Of a DNA stretch of 35,262 nt, positions 1-9,246 are shown piece by piece (position 1 is the first letter of the stretch; every line of letters begins with the position of its first letter). The position numbers and the translations under genes were made by a program. Origin of the DNA: a virus. Its lineage: Duplodnaviria; Caudoviricetes. Under the pieces are notes generated by a model, which searched no databases, had not been told where the DNA came from, and saw only the letters and a list, made by a program, of their open reading frames with translations. The stretch lies in IMG/VR virus record IMGVR_UViG_3300016654_000061, positions 1 through 35,262 of that record; one strand, given 5' to 3'.

Positions 1-3000
1 CCGGCCCGCTACAACGTGGATGACATGATCGGCAGTTTCAAGGTCAAGTACCCCGAGTCTCAGGTTGAGGTGATGGCAAAAGGCACCCTGGCTAACGTCA
101 AGTATGTTGCTATGACCGCCAAAGGTATAACTGAGAATTACGCTCCTGAGTACATCGTTACCCCCCAAGCCGGTGCCCAACAACGTTTGGCTGAGAAAAA
201 AGCTAATGACCTGTATGCCAAAGTTTACGAGTTCTTAGGCAATAGCAGTCCCAAAGATATTAAGAGCGGGGTGGCGGTCAAGAACGCTGTGGATAAGTTT
301 GGCATTGACGCAACCCTCCGGGGCCTTGCCAACCTGCGTGCTCAGAAAGCCCAGATGCGAGAGAAGGCCGAGAGCGGCTTCGCCATGGACGACCGGATTC
401 TTGACGAGGCTCTTGCCTATTTCGACAAGACTTACAACTCTCAGGTCTACTTCTCCACCCGTGAAATGCGTGCGGCAGAAGAACCAAACGTGGGGTTTGC
501 CAACGAATTTTTGAATAAGACCGGTGGTGGTAAAACTCTTGGATACTCTGCAGTTGACTTGCTGCAGACAGTTGCTAGGCATGAGAAAAATACCGAAACA
601 GGCAGGCTCGCCCGCGTACTGCTGACCCAAGCCGATAAGTTTGGATTAAAAAATATTCCGGTTTTGTATAACCCAGCCGATGGAGCGGGCAGTTACTTTA
701 CCGTGTCGTTTTTAGATCCCAGTCAGCAAAAGATGTCGGTCCTCACAATTGGTAAAGAGCACCTCTATACTCCCGACGTTGCAATTCACGAAGTCATCCA
801 CGCCATGTCTGTGGTGCAGATGAACAAAGTTGAAAACCCCGAATACAAACGCACCGGGGCTCGATGGGAAACGGCTGCCGATGGTATGTTTGATTTGTTC
901 AGGCTCACAAATGCGTATGCCGTGAGTAAAAACGATACTAAACTCTTAAACCAGTACGGCATGACCGACGCCTATGAATTTTTGGCTGAGGCCCTTTCCA
1001 ATGAAGACTTTAAGGCTAAACTTAAATCCATATCTATTAAAGAGTTGAAGGGCGAACTGGAACAATACCGTTTAGGCAAAGAAGAGAAAAAAGCCCTTGG
1101 GTTGTTAGATCGTCTGGTCAAAGGTGCACGCAACGTCTACGAGATGTTTACCAAACTGTTGCGCCAAGCACTTAACTTGCCTGACAACTCTCAGACGGTA
1201 TTTGATGCCGTTGTGAACCAATTTGGCAAACTTATTCAACAGAGTACGCCCAGTTCGGTCATGTCCGCTAGGGGGTTTAGAGGAAAAGCGGGGGTCTACG
1301 AAAAAGCGGTAACACCAAAAAAGTACGGGCGGGACCCGCTGCCCGCTGAAGTCCTGCGGATTCTGGATGAGATTAAAAACAACCCGGCACTCAACATCCC
1401 CGGCTTTAAAGGTAAGGCCGATGCCCAGCGGGCCATCAAAACGGGTGCGTTGCCGTTCTTGTCAGCCAGCCAGATTCGTGACATCTATGGTTCTGACCCC
1501 CGTTTGTCTGAGTTAAGTGATTACTACACCGCTACACAAAAAATGGGCGGCTACCGCAACAAACTGCGGGAAAAGTTTGGCGACGTTCTGAATGACTTCT
1601 ACAAGGTCATCAAAGACAACAAGGGGCTGAAGGACAAACTGTTTGAGGTCATCAACGAGGGTTCACGCCTGGAAGTCGATGTGCTTAAACCGGCTTCGGA
1701 CTATAAAGATGCTGCCATGAAGGCTGACCATGCTCGGCTGCAGGCAATCTACAACTCGTTCCCACAAGATGTTAAGAACTTCTACCAGAAGTACCGCAAG
1801 AATAACGAGTTCATGCTGGACGAGATCAAGCAGTCGATGATTAAGCGGGCTACGAGTTACGTGTCGGACCCCCAAGCCAAGGCCGAAATCAAGGCCATGG
1901 TGGAGAAAAAGATCGACTCCTTTAAAGAAAAGGGGCCGTACGCACCGTTGATGTTCTTTGGTAATGACTGGGTGGTTGTCGGTAAAGACGATCAGGCCAT
2001 ACCTTTCTCCTTTGAGACCAAGACTCAAGCCGACGAGTTTGCCGCCAAGATGAAGCAGCAGGGCTACGAAACTAAACAATTTGAGTCAATTAAAGAACTT
2101 AAAGCCAATACAGCCCCCCGTGCTGGCTTCTTCAAACAGTTAGAAGGTGTACTTGACCGCAACCGGGTTAGCCCTAAAGCCAAGGACGAGATCTATCAGA
2201 TGACCCTGATGTATCTGCCCGAAGAGTCGTTCATGCGGCAGTTCCAGAACCGGAAGGGTGCCCCGTCCTACGAGCGTGACGCACTGCGGAACTATGGCGA
2301 GTTAGCCGACCGTATCGTACATCAGTTGCCCAAAGCCTCTTATATGTCTGAGATGGACACCGCCATCGAAGCAATGAAAAACAAGGTTAAGCAAGATCCT
2401 AGCAATGACGCAGGGCGGGTTGTTGCTGAGATAGAAAAGCATTTTGATGCAGCCATGAACCCAACAGTAAACCCATGGGCTACGCATTTAGGTAATTTGG
2501 GTTTTGCTTGGTATATGGGCGCTAACCCTTCAGCAGCACTTGTCCAGTTGTTACAGACCCCCAGCGTTACGCTGCCTTGGCTGGCCCCAAAATACGGTCT
2601 GAACCCCACGATGGCTGAACTTACCCGTGCCGGACGTGACTTTTTTGGCGGTAAGGTAAAGGCTGGTCAAGGGTTTTACAGCATCAAAACCAATCCGAAT
2701 CTAACGGCTACGGAGAAAAAGGCTATACAAGCCCTGTATGACTTGAACGTCATCCCCCCTGCTGCTACGGAAGTTGGTGACATCGAGACCATGACCGGGC
2801 TGAAAGCGGCAACTCCTCTTGAGAGAACAAACAAACGAATCAATTTCGTAATGGGGTATTTGTTCCAAAATGCCGAGCGTTTCAACCGGGAAGTTACTGC
2901 TCTGGCCGCATTCCGGCTGGAGTACAACCGCTCGAAGAACTACGACAAGGCTGTTCAGGCCGCAAACGATGCCGTAGTGGAGACCCAGGGCGACTACTCT

Positions 3001-4014
3001 GATCTGAACGCACCAAGTTTATTTAAAGGCCCAACTGCCAAAGTTCTGCTGATGTTCAAGAAGTTTTTGCAGATGATGATCTATATGTACGGCCGCAATC
3101 TACAGATTGCTATGGACCGCAACAAGTTTAGCCCCGAAGAGCGTAAGTTGGCAGTAAACCGTCTCGGTGGTTTGTTAGCTACGTCAGCCATGATGTCCGG
3201 TGTTATTGGCACGCCGTTCTACTGGATAGTAGAAACAATCATGAACGCCCTGTTCCGAGACGAAGAGGATCCGTACTACGACTTCACGACCAGTCTACGG
3301 GAAACGATGCCTGAATTTGTAACGGCTGGCATCCCCGGTGCTTTGACTGGAGCAAGTATTGCCTCTCGTACCGGCTTCCGTGACACGCCCCTACTTGGTT
3401 TTGTACCGGGCATTTCCTCCGGGGCCGGTGCAGACGCATACTCACAGGGCTTTGTAATAGATACACTGAAAGCAGGGTTGGGGCCAGTAGGCGGGATCGT
3501 GTTTAATGCGCAGCGAGGCATTGACCAAATTAACGAAGGTCAAGTAGGGCGCGGTATTGAAAATATGTTGCCTGCGGTTCTTAAAAATTTAATGAAATCT
3601 ATTCGCTACAACGACGAAGGTGCCCGCACCCTGCGAGGCGATCCGATTGTAGGCGAGGTTTCGACCTACGAACAGGCGTTGCAAGTGTTTGGATTTGCCC
3701 CCCTTAGTGTGGCTACCGCCCAAGAGAAGCGTAACGCCGCCATGGGTATCCAGACAGATGCCCAGACTTCTCGGCAGAATGTGTACATGCGTATCAATCT
3801 AGCGATTGCCACGGGTGACGATGAGGGCTACGAGAAAGCCCTAGAGTTGGTGGATAAGCACAATCGGAAGTATCCGGGCATGGAGATCAAACCAAGCCAA
3901 ATCCTGACATCGGTTCGGACTTTCCAGAAGCGTTCGGCAGATATGCTCGGCGGTGCGTACCTAGAGAAAGGTCTCCGGCCCTACCTAGCCCCGATGTTGT
4001 CCGCAGAAGAGTGA
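1..4014 (+). CDS. Large polyvalent virion/ejection-type protein, 5'-truncated by the window edge (zincin-like HExxH domain plus PLxRFG-like C-terminal region)
   Basis: Frame is open from base 1 (>1330 aa). HEVIH...EFLAEA metallopeptidase-like motif; YAPLMFFG resembles the PLxRFG signature; glycine-rich/hydrophobic C-terminus; last gene of the rightward arm. Confidence 0.7.
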   Translation, partial: PARYNVDDMIGSFKVKYPESQVEVMAKGTLANVKYVAMTAKGITENYAPEYIVTPQAGAQQRLAEKKANDLYAKVYEFLGNSSPKDIKSGVAVKNAVDKFGIDATLRGLANLRAQKAQMREKAESGFAMDDRILDEALAYFDKTYNSQVYFSTREMRAAEEPNVGFANEFLNKTGGGKTLGYSAVDLLQTVARHEKNTETGRLARVLLTQADKFGLKNIPVLYNPADGAGSYFTVSFLDPSQQKMSVLTIGKEHLYTPDVAIHEVIHAMSVVQMNKVENPEYKRTGARWETAADGMFDLFRLTNAYAVSKNDTKLLNQYGMTDAYEFLAEALSNEDFKAKLKSISIKELKGELEQYRLGKEEKKALGLLDRLVKGARNVYEMFTKLLRQALNLPDNSQTVFDAVVNQFGKLIQQSTPSSVMSARGFRGKAGVYEKAVTPKKYGRDPLPAEVLRILDEIKNNPALNIPGFKGKADAQRAIKTGALPFLSASQIRDIYGSDPRLSELSDYYTATQKMGGYRNKLREKFGDVLNDFYKVIKDNKGLKDKLFEVINEGSRLEVDVLKPASDYKDAAMKADHARLQAIYNSFPQDVKNFYQKYRKNNEFMLDEIKQSMIKRATSYVSDPQAKAEIKAMVEKKIDSFKEKGPYAPLMFFGNDWVVVGKDDQAIPFSFETKTQADEFAAKMKQQGYETKQFESIKELKANTAPRAGFFKQLEGVLDRNRVSPKAKDEIYQMTLMYLPEESFMRQFQNRKGAPSYERDALRNYGELADRIVHQLPKASYMSEMDTAIEAMKNKVKQDPSNDAGRVVAEIEKHFDAAMNPTVNPWATHLGNLGFAWYMGANPSAALVQLLQTPSVTLPWLAPKYGLNPTMAELTRAGRDFFGGKVKAGQGFYSIKTNPNLTATEKKAIQALYDLNVIPPAATEVGDIETMTGLKAATPLERTNKRINFVMGYLFQNAERFNREVTALAAFRLEYNRSKNYDKAVQAANDAVVETQGDYSDLNAPSLFKGPTAKVLLMFKKFLQMMIYMYGRNLQIAMDRNKFSPEERKLAVNRLGGLLATSAMMSGVIGTPFYWIVETIMNALFRDEEDPYYDFTTSLRETMPEFVTAGIPGALTGASIASRTGFRDTPLLGFVPGISSGAGADAYSQGFVIDTLKAGLGPVGGIVFNAQRGIDQINEGQVGRGIENMLPAVLKNLMKSIRYNDEGARTLRGDPIVGEVSTYEQALQVFGFAPLSVATAQEKRNAAMGIQTDAQTSRQNVYMRINLAIATGDDEGYEKALELVDKHNRKYPGMEIKPSQILTSVRTFQKRSADMLGGAYLEKGLRPYLAPMLSAEE

Positions 4015-4040
4015 AAAAAACCCCGGCGCTAGGCCGGGGT
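4014..4040 (-). terminator. Rho-independent terminator for leftward transcription
   Basis: Minus strand CCCCGGC-CTAGC-GCCGGGG followed by T7; stem 4021-4027/4033-4039; lies at the convergence of the two arms. Confidence 0.9.
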
Positions 4041-4102
4041 GAACGTTTACTTGAAGGAGAAAGTAAACACCATGAAGAGAGTGCAGAGGAGACGCACTAC
4101 TC
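4014..4102 (-). ncRNA. Candidate ~89-nt trans-acting sRNA with two anti-SD (UCUCCU) hairpin loops
   Basis: Promoter upstream, terminator downstream. Hairpins AGUGC-GUCUCCUCU-GCACU and GUUUACUU-UCUCCUUC-AAGUAAAC; 19/20 complementarity to the start region of the vWA gene. Confidence 0.65.
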
Positions 4103-4109
4103 AGGGCCA

Positions 4110-4138
4110 ATCCTACCCAATTATTTTTATAAAGTCCA
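4110..4138 (-). promoter_or_regulatory. sigma70-type promoter for the candidate sRNA
   Basis: TGGACT (4138-4133), 17-nt AT-rich spacer, TAGGAT (4115-4110); predicted +1 is G4102, the first base of hairpin 1. Confidence 0.6.
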
Positions 4139-4336
4139 TACGCGGATGCCTAGGACGCCCCCTTCGATCCGTACACGCAGTACAAATTGTTGTATTCCGT
4201 GGTATTTAAGTTCGGTTTCCAGGGCGTTTTTAGCAAAATCCACGTCTAAACAAGGGACAAATAAGGACTGGGGTGCTTTTTTCAGCATATCCCAATCCAA
4301 TTCATATCGCGCCCCATCAAGAATCAGGATGTCCAT
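4127..4336 (-). CDS. Hypothetical phage protein (69 aa)
   Basis: Last ORF of the tightly packed leftward operon; C-terminal GIRVW motif common in small phage DNA-binding proteins. Confidence 0.7.
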   Translation of the reverse strand: MDILILDGARYELDWDMLKKAPQSLFVPCLDVDFAKNALETELKYHGIQQFVLRVRIEGGVLGIRVWTL

Positions 4337-4589
4337 CGCTAGGGACTAGCTTGTATTCATATAAACCATTCCCGCAATAACGGCGCTCAATCGTATGCCC
4401 CCCAAACCTCGGCTTGCGCAAGTGCCGTAATTGAGCGCTTATGCTGGGTTCGGGGTCACCCGTAACTATAGATATCTGACCTAGCGTTCGCCATTTACCA
4501 TCAACCATGCAGTCCCAAACTCTGTACAGTTGATTTGATAGCCGTTGGTTGTCCCTTTCGGGCGTATAGTCAGCGCCGTTAAATCTCAT
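4317..4589 (-). CDS. Putative winged-helix DNA-binding protein (90 aa)
   Basis: DGKWRTLGQI...PSISAQLRHLRKPRFGG...YEY pattern; RBS AAGGA; operon packing. Confidence 0.7.
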   Translation of the reverse strand: MRFNGADYTPERDNQRLSNQLYRVWDCMVDGKWRTLGQISIVTGDPEPSISAQLRHLRKPRFGGHTIERRYCGNGLYEYKLVPSDGHPDS

Positions 4590-4591
4590 GG

Positions 4592-4777
4592 TTAATCCTT
4601 TATTTTGTAGAATTTTGAGCAGCCTATCTTAATTACATCTAGGCGCTGTTCTTCTGCCCATTGCCTAAGAATTTTGTTTACGTGACTTTGGCTGATGATG
4701 AAATACTTTGCCAACTTAGCCGGTGAAACCGGCGTTTTGTGCTCAACTAAGTACTTCCAAACTTTATCTTCAATCAT
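4592..4777 (-). CDS. Putative small winged-helix protein (61 aa)
   Basis: PVSPAKLAKYFIISQSHVNKILRQW HTH-like segment followed by a beta hairpin; overlaps the neighbouring gene. Confidence 0.65.
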   Translation of the reverse strand: MIEDKVWKYLVEHKTPVSPAKLAKYFIISQSHVNKILRQWAEEQRLDVIKIGCSKFYKIKD

Positions 4778-5102
4778 TTGGAATCAACTTCCCAAAAATG
4801 TTGTAGAAAGCCTTCGTAAACTTCTCGCGGGTTTGCCGCACCTCGGGCTCGTAATCCAGCGTGTCTGATACTTCCCACATACGCAACATAGTGTCGAGTT
4901 CTTTGGCGGCTTTGACCACACCAAGCCACGCATCGTTTTCTTTTTTGGTGGTTTCAATACCTAGCATCACCGCCCGCGTGAACATAGACTCAAACAGTTG
5001 TTGCATTACTTCTTTTGGAGCATCTAGTTCAAACGTCGCGCTGCCATCTTCGTGTTCGGTAGTTAGGCGTACCGTTAGTTCGCCAATCTTTTTGTCATTC
5101 AT
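4770..5102 (-). CDS. Hypothetical protein (110 aa)
   Basis: EHEDGSA motif frequent in small phage ORFs; start/stop overlaps on both sides. Confidence 0.75.
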   Translation of the reverse strand: MNDKKIGELTVRLTTEHEDGSATFELDAPKEVMQQLFESMFTRAVMLGIETTKKENDAWLGVVKAAKELDTMLRMWEVSDTLDYEPEVRQTREKFTKAFYNIFGKLIPND

Positions 5103-5304
5103 CTAGTAGCCCCTGAAATGTTTCATGGAAAGACCTTTCGATTTCCTCTACCACTATTTGTGCTTCTTCGCCGTGTCCGCCGTGTTTGCGGGTTAACCTT
5201 AAAAACTCTCTGAAGTTCTCAACAGCCATTGCATACTGCGGCCCACGATAAGCTTGCTCTGCCAGATTCTTTTCGTCGTCGTTGAACTCAAGAATAATCT
5301 TCAC
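5095..5304 (-). CDS. Hypothetical protein (69 aa, GTG start)
   Basis: Start re-called at GTG 5304 (GTGA overlap with the upstream stop; GGAG RBS). Confidence 0.7.
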   Translation of the reverse strand: MKIILEFNDDEKNLAEQAYRGPQYAMAVENFREFLRLTRKHGGHGEEAQIVVEEIERSFHETFQGLLDE

Positions 5305-5522
5305 TTCTGCATCTCCCTCTGCTGGTACTTCAAGTCCTCTTGCCCAACCCACAGGCCAGCACAGACCATCTCAAGGTCATTGGATACGGGGCGTTTGTAT
5401 AGAGCATCCTTGTAGCCTTTGGCAAAGCCTTCCTTGTATCCCTTGCGCTCACCAGCGTTAATGCCGACAACAAGAACTACAAGCAAGATTACGGCCCACA
5501 TAACAACTTCAAGAGTCTTCAT
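5301..5522 (-). CDS. Small membrane-anchored protein (73 aa)
   Basis: N-terminal hydrophobic helix followed by GYKEGFAKGY repeats; ATGA overlap. Confidence 0.7.
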   Translation of the reverse strand: MKTLEVVMWAVILLVVLVVGINAGERKGYKEGFAKGYKDALYKRPVSNDLEMVCAGLWVGQEDLKYQQREMQK

Positions 5523-5740
5523 AGCGCTATCCTCACTTCCGATTGAGTTTCAATCCACACATGCGCACCACACGACAGGGGTTTGTCGGGCGAATAAACA
5601 ACTTTGCATGGCCCGGCAATCTCTACTTCGTGGGCATAGGTGTTAGATTTGTATGTCTTAACAGTAAGAACGGGGTCGGTCTTACCTTCCTTGCGGTTAG
5701 ACTTGATGACATGTTGGTTAACGTGAACGATTGTCTTCAT
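5519..5740 (-). CDS. Conserved hypothetical phage protein (73 aa)
   Basis: HVNQH...VYSPDKPLSCGAHVWIET is a widespread phage motif; RBS AGGAGG. Confidence 0.8.
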   Translation of the reverse strand: MKTIVHVNQHVIKSNRKEGKTDPVLTVKTYKSNTYAHEVEIAGPCKVVYSPDKPLSCGAHVWIETQSEVRIAL

Positions 5741-5749
5741 TCATGCCTC

Positions 5750-5929
5750 CTAGAAAGGTGCGTCTTCTAGTTGCTGGACACGGTCGAGGATCTTCTGTGC
5801 TTCCTCTTGCTGGCCTTTGCGCTTGAGTTTGTCGAAATACTTGATGACCAATTGCCGCTCTTGCGTAGTTTTGAATGGGTGTTCCCATCTATCCACAGTT
5901 AGTCCACTTGGATGCATTTCTATCCTCAT
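5750..5929 (-). CDS. Hypothetical protein (59 aa; absent from the ORF track)
   Basis: Hand-translated MRIEMHPSGLTVDRWEHPF...LEDAPF; ATGA overlap with the upstream gene; fills the operon gap. Confidence 0.7.
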   Translation of the reverse strand: MRIEMHPSGLTVDRWEHPFKTTQERQLVIKYFDKLKRKGQQEEAQKILDRVQQLEDAPF

Positions 5930-6168
5930 GGTTGTTTCTCTTCAAGTTCAATGATCTTGTCGAGATAGTGCCGGGCTTTTTTGATGTCGATTACACCGCC
6001 CTTACCTTCCACGTTTTTCGTATTTACCCTTGCTAGATAGGCAATGGCAGACCCAAGCAAAAACCCACGAAACTGATTCGGAGTTAGCCAGGCCTCCATC
6101 GCATCCCAGGGTTGGATTCCAAGGGCTTTATAGTGATCTCCACCGATTTGTTCTTCGTTAGCATTCAT
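5926..6168 (-). CDS. DUF3310 / SaV-like protein (T7 gp1.7 nucleotide-kinase-like family)
   Basis: QIGGDHY...QPWD...F..G.AI.YL.R...KGG..DI.KA.HYL signature. Confidence 0.85.
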   Translation of the reverse strand: MNANEEQIGGDHYKALGIQPWDAMEAWLTPNQFRGFLLGSAIAYLARVNTKNVEGKGGVIDIKKARHYLDKIIELEEKQP

Positions 6169-8957
6169 GATTCTTCTCCTTCAGGGGGGGTTACTACGTC
6201 AATAAAGTGCCCTTTGGTTGAGTCCAACACCACGCAATAAGACGGTGGCGTAGGGATGTCGCTGCCTTTTCCAAGTCGCTTTTTCTCTGCCTTGAGGTAA
6301 ATACCCTTCTGTTTTAGTTCAGAGATCAAGTCCTTGTAGTACAACTGCCGTTGGGCACACCAATTCCGCAAGTCCTCTACTGGGATGTATATGCGGCACG
6401 TGTCCGGCTCAAACCGGATTTTTAATTCGTTGCGGGGTTCGCGGATAGGGGGTTTGCCCATACCCAGGCGTTTGTCAATACCATCATCAATTACTAAGAT
6501 GTTGTTGATGTGGCCTCGGATGTAGTCACCCAGTACCATGTCATGATCGACTTTGAGGCTTTCAACATCAGCCCGCATGTAGACAACCATGTCTTGCGCC
6601 CACTTGTAAATCCGCTTGAGATTGTAGTCGTGCAGTCCTAGTCGCTGGGCAAAGTGCGCCCCAGTCATGGTGCTGGCGATCAGGGCCGACCAAAACCGCT
6701 CTTTGTTGGTGGCGGCTATCTCCCGGTCAAACTGTTCCTGAGTGTCATCTCGGAATTTCAAAACTTCATGCAGGTGGGGGAGTACCCAGCGCAAGTAAAC
6801 TTCGCCAGCCAAACCATAGTTATCAAACATCAAGGAGAAAACCTCGTCTGCCTGCCCCTTGTCCATACTGTGGTTAGCGAAGGTTTTGATCTCAAACACC
6901 CGCATCAACTCACCTTCGGGCAACGACTTGATCTGTTGCATCTTCTCGTAGAATGATGCGTTACTGCTAGACAACATTATCGTGGCCCACTCGGCGGCGT
7001 TTAGACGCTCGGCATTAACCTGAGACTGCATGCGGTTACGTGGTCTTCCTAGTGTGATGGCGTATGCAAGGTCGGAGAAGTCCTCCGGTTTCATGTTAGT
7101 AATCTCGTCAATTGTTACCGGCAGGTGGGCCATAACCCCGAACCGATGTAGCCGAGAAAGTTTAGTGTCTTCTGCGTGGAGCATAAGTTTATCGGGATGC
7201 CCATAGACGCTATTACACATACGGAGAATGGTTGACTTGCCTGTGCCGGACTCTTTGGAAACGTAGTTGACCAGCACGCCTTTATGGTTGGTGAACTTGA
7301 ACAGGGGCGCACCGAACGCACACAAAGCACCGAACGCATTAGCCTCCATACCTTCGTGGGCGTACGTGTTAAAGACTTTCTTCCATTGATCTAAATCGCC
7401 GCGCTTGCGGAGGAGGGGGGCCGTGTTGCGGGTCACGACCGAAGGCGGGCAGAAAATCATGTTGCCAGTACTGTCAATTTCGCGCTCACCCAATATGAAT
7501 TTAGAGTCGTCATCATTCCAACCGAACCGAATGCTGGCGGTTTCTGACTGTTGGGTCATCTGCATCTCCTTAACTGATCTTGCAATGTAGGCTTGAATTG
7601 CATCCATTGGTTTGCCGGGGAGCGCCACCACACCCTGTTTTGCCAGTGCGTTTCGGCAGGCATCTTTGGATAGGGCTTCGGTTAGAGACACCGTAAACTC
7701 ACGCACCCCGTCTCTCGGCAGATGTAGGCGCATACTTAAAGACTCGCCTTCATCCCCATCAAGCACCCGTTTGACGATATACAAATCGTTCTCATATACC
7801 AGCAGGGGGTCTTCTTCGTCACCGAAAGCCTCTCGGTAGATACCACCGTTCTTGCCACGGAAGTAAGGAAAAGGTAAGGAAGGAATCTTAAATGTAATTT
7901 CTTCCTGAAATATTTCGCTTTTTTGTTTGACTTCGTTATCTTCGTCTGTAGCCCTAGCAATTTCCGCACCAATTTGGATTGGGGATGTAATGTTGCCTTT
8001 ATGTGGACAGCCCTCGCAACCGCCGGGCCGCAGTTTTTCAAACGTGACACAGGTGTATGGGCCTTTGATTGTGGCAATTTTTGCTTCGGTACCCGCATGG
8101 GTATAGCCGGGGTGGTCCTTAGAGATGTCGTGGACTGCGGTGTCAGCATCATCACAAAATACGGCGACTGATAGAACGGCTCGCCACAAGGGTTCTTCTA
8201 GCGTGGCTTGGTTTTCGATCATGTGCTTAATCTGTAAGCAACCTTTGTCTTCCTCGATGCGGCGCTGGATTGTAGAAAACTTGTTGATGTAATTGCCCAT
8301 CAAAGCCTTTGTAATCGCATCCATTGGGCGACGTACCTTAGGCGGCGGGGGCAGTATTTCACCAATCAGTTCCTTCATGGCCTCGAATCTTCGGGGCTTA
8401 CTGCTTACGATGATCTCGACTGGGCGTGGCTCGGCAGTCTTGTGGTTCAGCGTGCCGGGGATTCTAAGGATGCGAGCGGCATCAGCCGTTACCGCAGGGT
8501 CAGCCTTGAGGTCGTGCCGCGTGCATAGAGCCTTGAGGGACTCAGCAACAGGTCGCCATTGCTCGATTGTGATGGCTTCTTCTAGGGGCCAGTACACATG
8601 CACCCCACCGCCCGAACCGACTATGGTTGGCCTTGGCAGGCTTAGTTCTTTACAGAACCTACCGAGGTCAGCGATTGCCTCATTTCGGTCGGTGTAGTGC
8701 TTCTCTTCCCCGCAGTCGATGTCTAGCCATAGAGCCTTGACCCTAACCGCATTTGCCTGTGTGCGCTCATTCGGGGTGCCAAACTTTGCCAGCCCAAAGA
8801 ATATGTCTCGCTTCTTTTCTGTCAACTCGTTGACAAGTGTTTCCACTTCATCAAGCGTCTCGACAAAGATCTGTTCCCGAAACTTACCCTTGTGCATACC
8901 GGCAACGGCGTAGTAACCCCCATCAGCCGTTACTGATTCTAGAAATTGTCTATTCAT
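6165..8957 (-). CDS. Primase-helicase: N-terminal AEP primase-polymerase, Cys-rich linker, C-terminal DUF927-type P-loop helicase
   Basis: LWLDIDC, SGGGVHVYW and RILRIPGT AEP motifs; C..F......CEGCPH; Walker A SGTGKST and Walker B TIDE. Confidence 0.88.
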   Translation of the reverse strand: MNRQFLESVTADGGYYAVAGMHKGKFREQIFVETLDEVETLVNELTEKKRDIFFGLAKFGTPNERTQANAVRVKALWLDIDCGEEKHYTDRNEAIADLGRFCKELSLPRPTIVGSGGGVHVYWPLEEAITIEQWRPVAESLKALCTRHDLKADPAVTADAARILRIPGTLNHKTAEPRPVEIIVSSKPRRFEAMKELIGEILPPPPKVRRPMDAITKALMGNYINKFSTIQRRIEEDKGCLQIKHMIENQATLEEPLWRAVLSVAVFCDDADTAVHDISKDHPGYTHAGTEAKIATIKGPYTCVTFEKLRPGGCEGCPHKGNITSPIQIGAEIARATDEDNEVKQKSEIFQEEITFKIPSLPFPYFRGKNGGIYREAFGDEEDPLLVYENDLYIVKRVLDGDEGESLSMRLHLPRDGVREFTVSLTEALSKDACRNALAKQGVVALPGKPMDAIQAYIARSVKEMQMTQQSETASIRFGWNDDDSKFILGEREIDSTGNMIFCPPSVVTRNTAPLLRKRGDLDQWKKVFNTYAHEGMEANAFGALCAFGAPLFKFTNHKGVLVNYVSKESGTGKSTILRMCNSVYGHPDKLMLHAEDTKLSRLHRFGVMAHLPVTIDEITNMKPEDFSDLAYAITLGRPRNRMQSQVNAERLNAAEWATIMLSSSNASFYEKMQQIKSLPEGELMRVFEIKTFANHSMDKGQADEVFSLMFDNYGLAGEVYLRWVLPHLHEVLKFRDDTQEQFDREIAATNKERFWSALIASTMTGAHFAQRLGLHDYNLKRIYKWAQDMVVYMRADVESLKVDHDMVLGDYIRGHINNILVIDDGIDKRLGMGKPPIREPRNELKIRFEPDTCRIYIPVEDLRNWCAQRQLYYKDLISELKQKGIYLKAEKKRLGKGSDIPTPPSYCVVLDSTKGHFIDVVTPPEGEES

Positions 8958-8962
8958 GGGCG

Positions 8963-9208
8963 CTACTTATAAGATTTTTTGCGCAGTTTCTCGATGGCTT
9001 CTTTAATCTTTTCTAAGTAACGCTCCTGAGGTTTAGTTTTATTTAAGAACCAGTGGTAAACGGTTTGCCGTGTAACACCAAAAAATTCCGCCACATGGGA
9101 AACAGGAATATCCCTGTCAATGCAGATGACCCCGAGTTGAACCCAAGGCAGGGTGGCATCTTGTTCCTTAATGCGGTCGGCAATACGCTTTGAGTATCCG
9201 ATTTCCAT
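8963..9208 (-). CDS. Cro/XRE-like HTH transcriptional regulator (81 aa)
   Basis: VSHVAEFFGVTRQTVYHWF HTH motif. Confidence 0.85.
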   Translation of the reverse strand: MEIGYSKRIADRIKEQDATLPWVQLGVICIDRDIPVSHVAEFFGVTRQTVYHWFLNKTKPQERYLEKIKEAIEKLRKKSYK

Positions 9209-9210
9209 AG

Positions 9211-9234
9211 CAATAAGCGGGGGTTACCCCCCGC
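9211..9234 (-). terminator. GC-rich hairpin, weak terminator between the SSB-like and HTH genes
   Basis: 7-bp stem 9217-9223/9228-9234 with GUAA (GNRA) loop on the minus strand, followed by UUAUUG. Confidence 0.55.
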
Positions 9235-9246
9235 ACCCAAGTTGAA

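Noticed and set aside
4045-4102. CsrA/RsmA-sponge RNA on the plus strand (GGA in two hairpin loops)
   Set aside because: Only two GGA loops and no plus-strand promoter/terminator framing; the minus-strand reading explains more features.
4072-4209. Plus-strand 45-codon ORF with a phage-type RBS (also the 4011-4349 ORF)
   Set aside because: It overlaps a real gene antisense, its SD is enclosed in a hairpin, and the promoter and terminator are oriented for the minus strand. Retained only as the alternative explanation to the sRNA.
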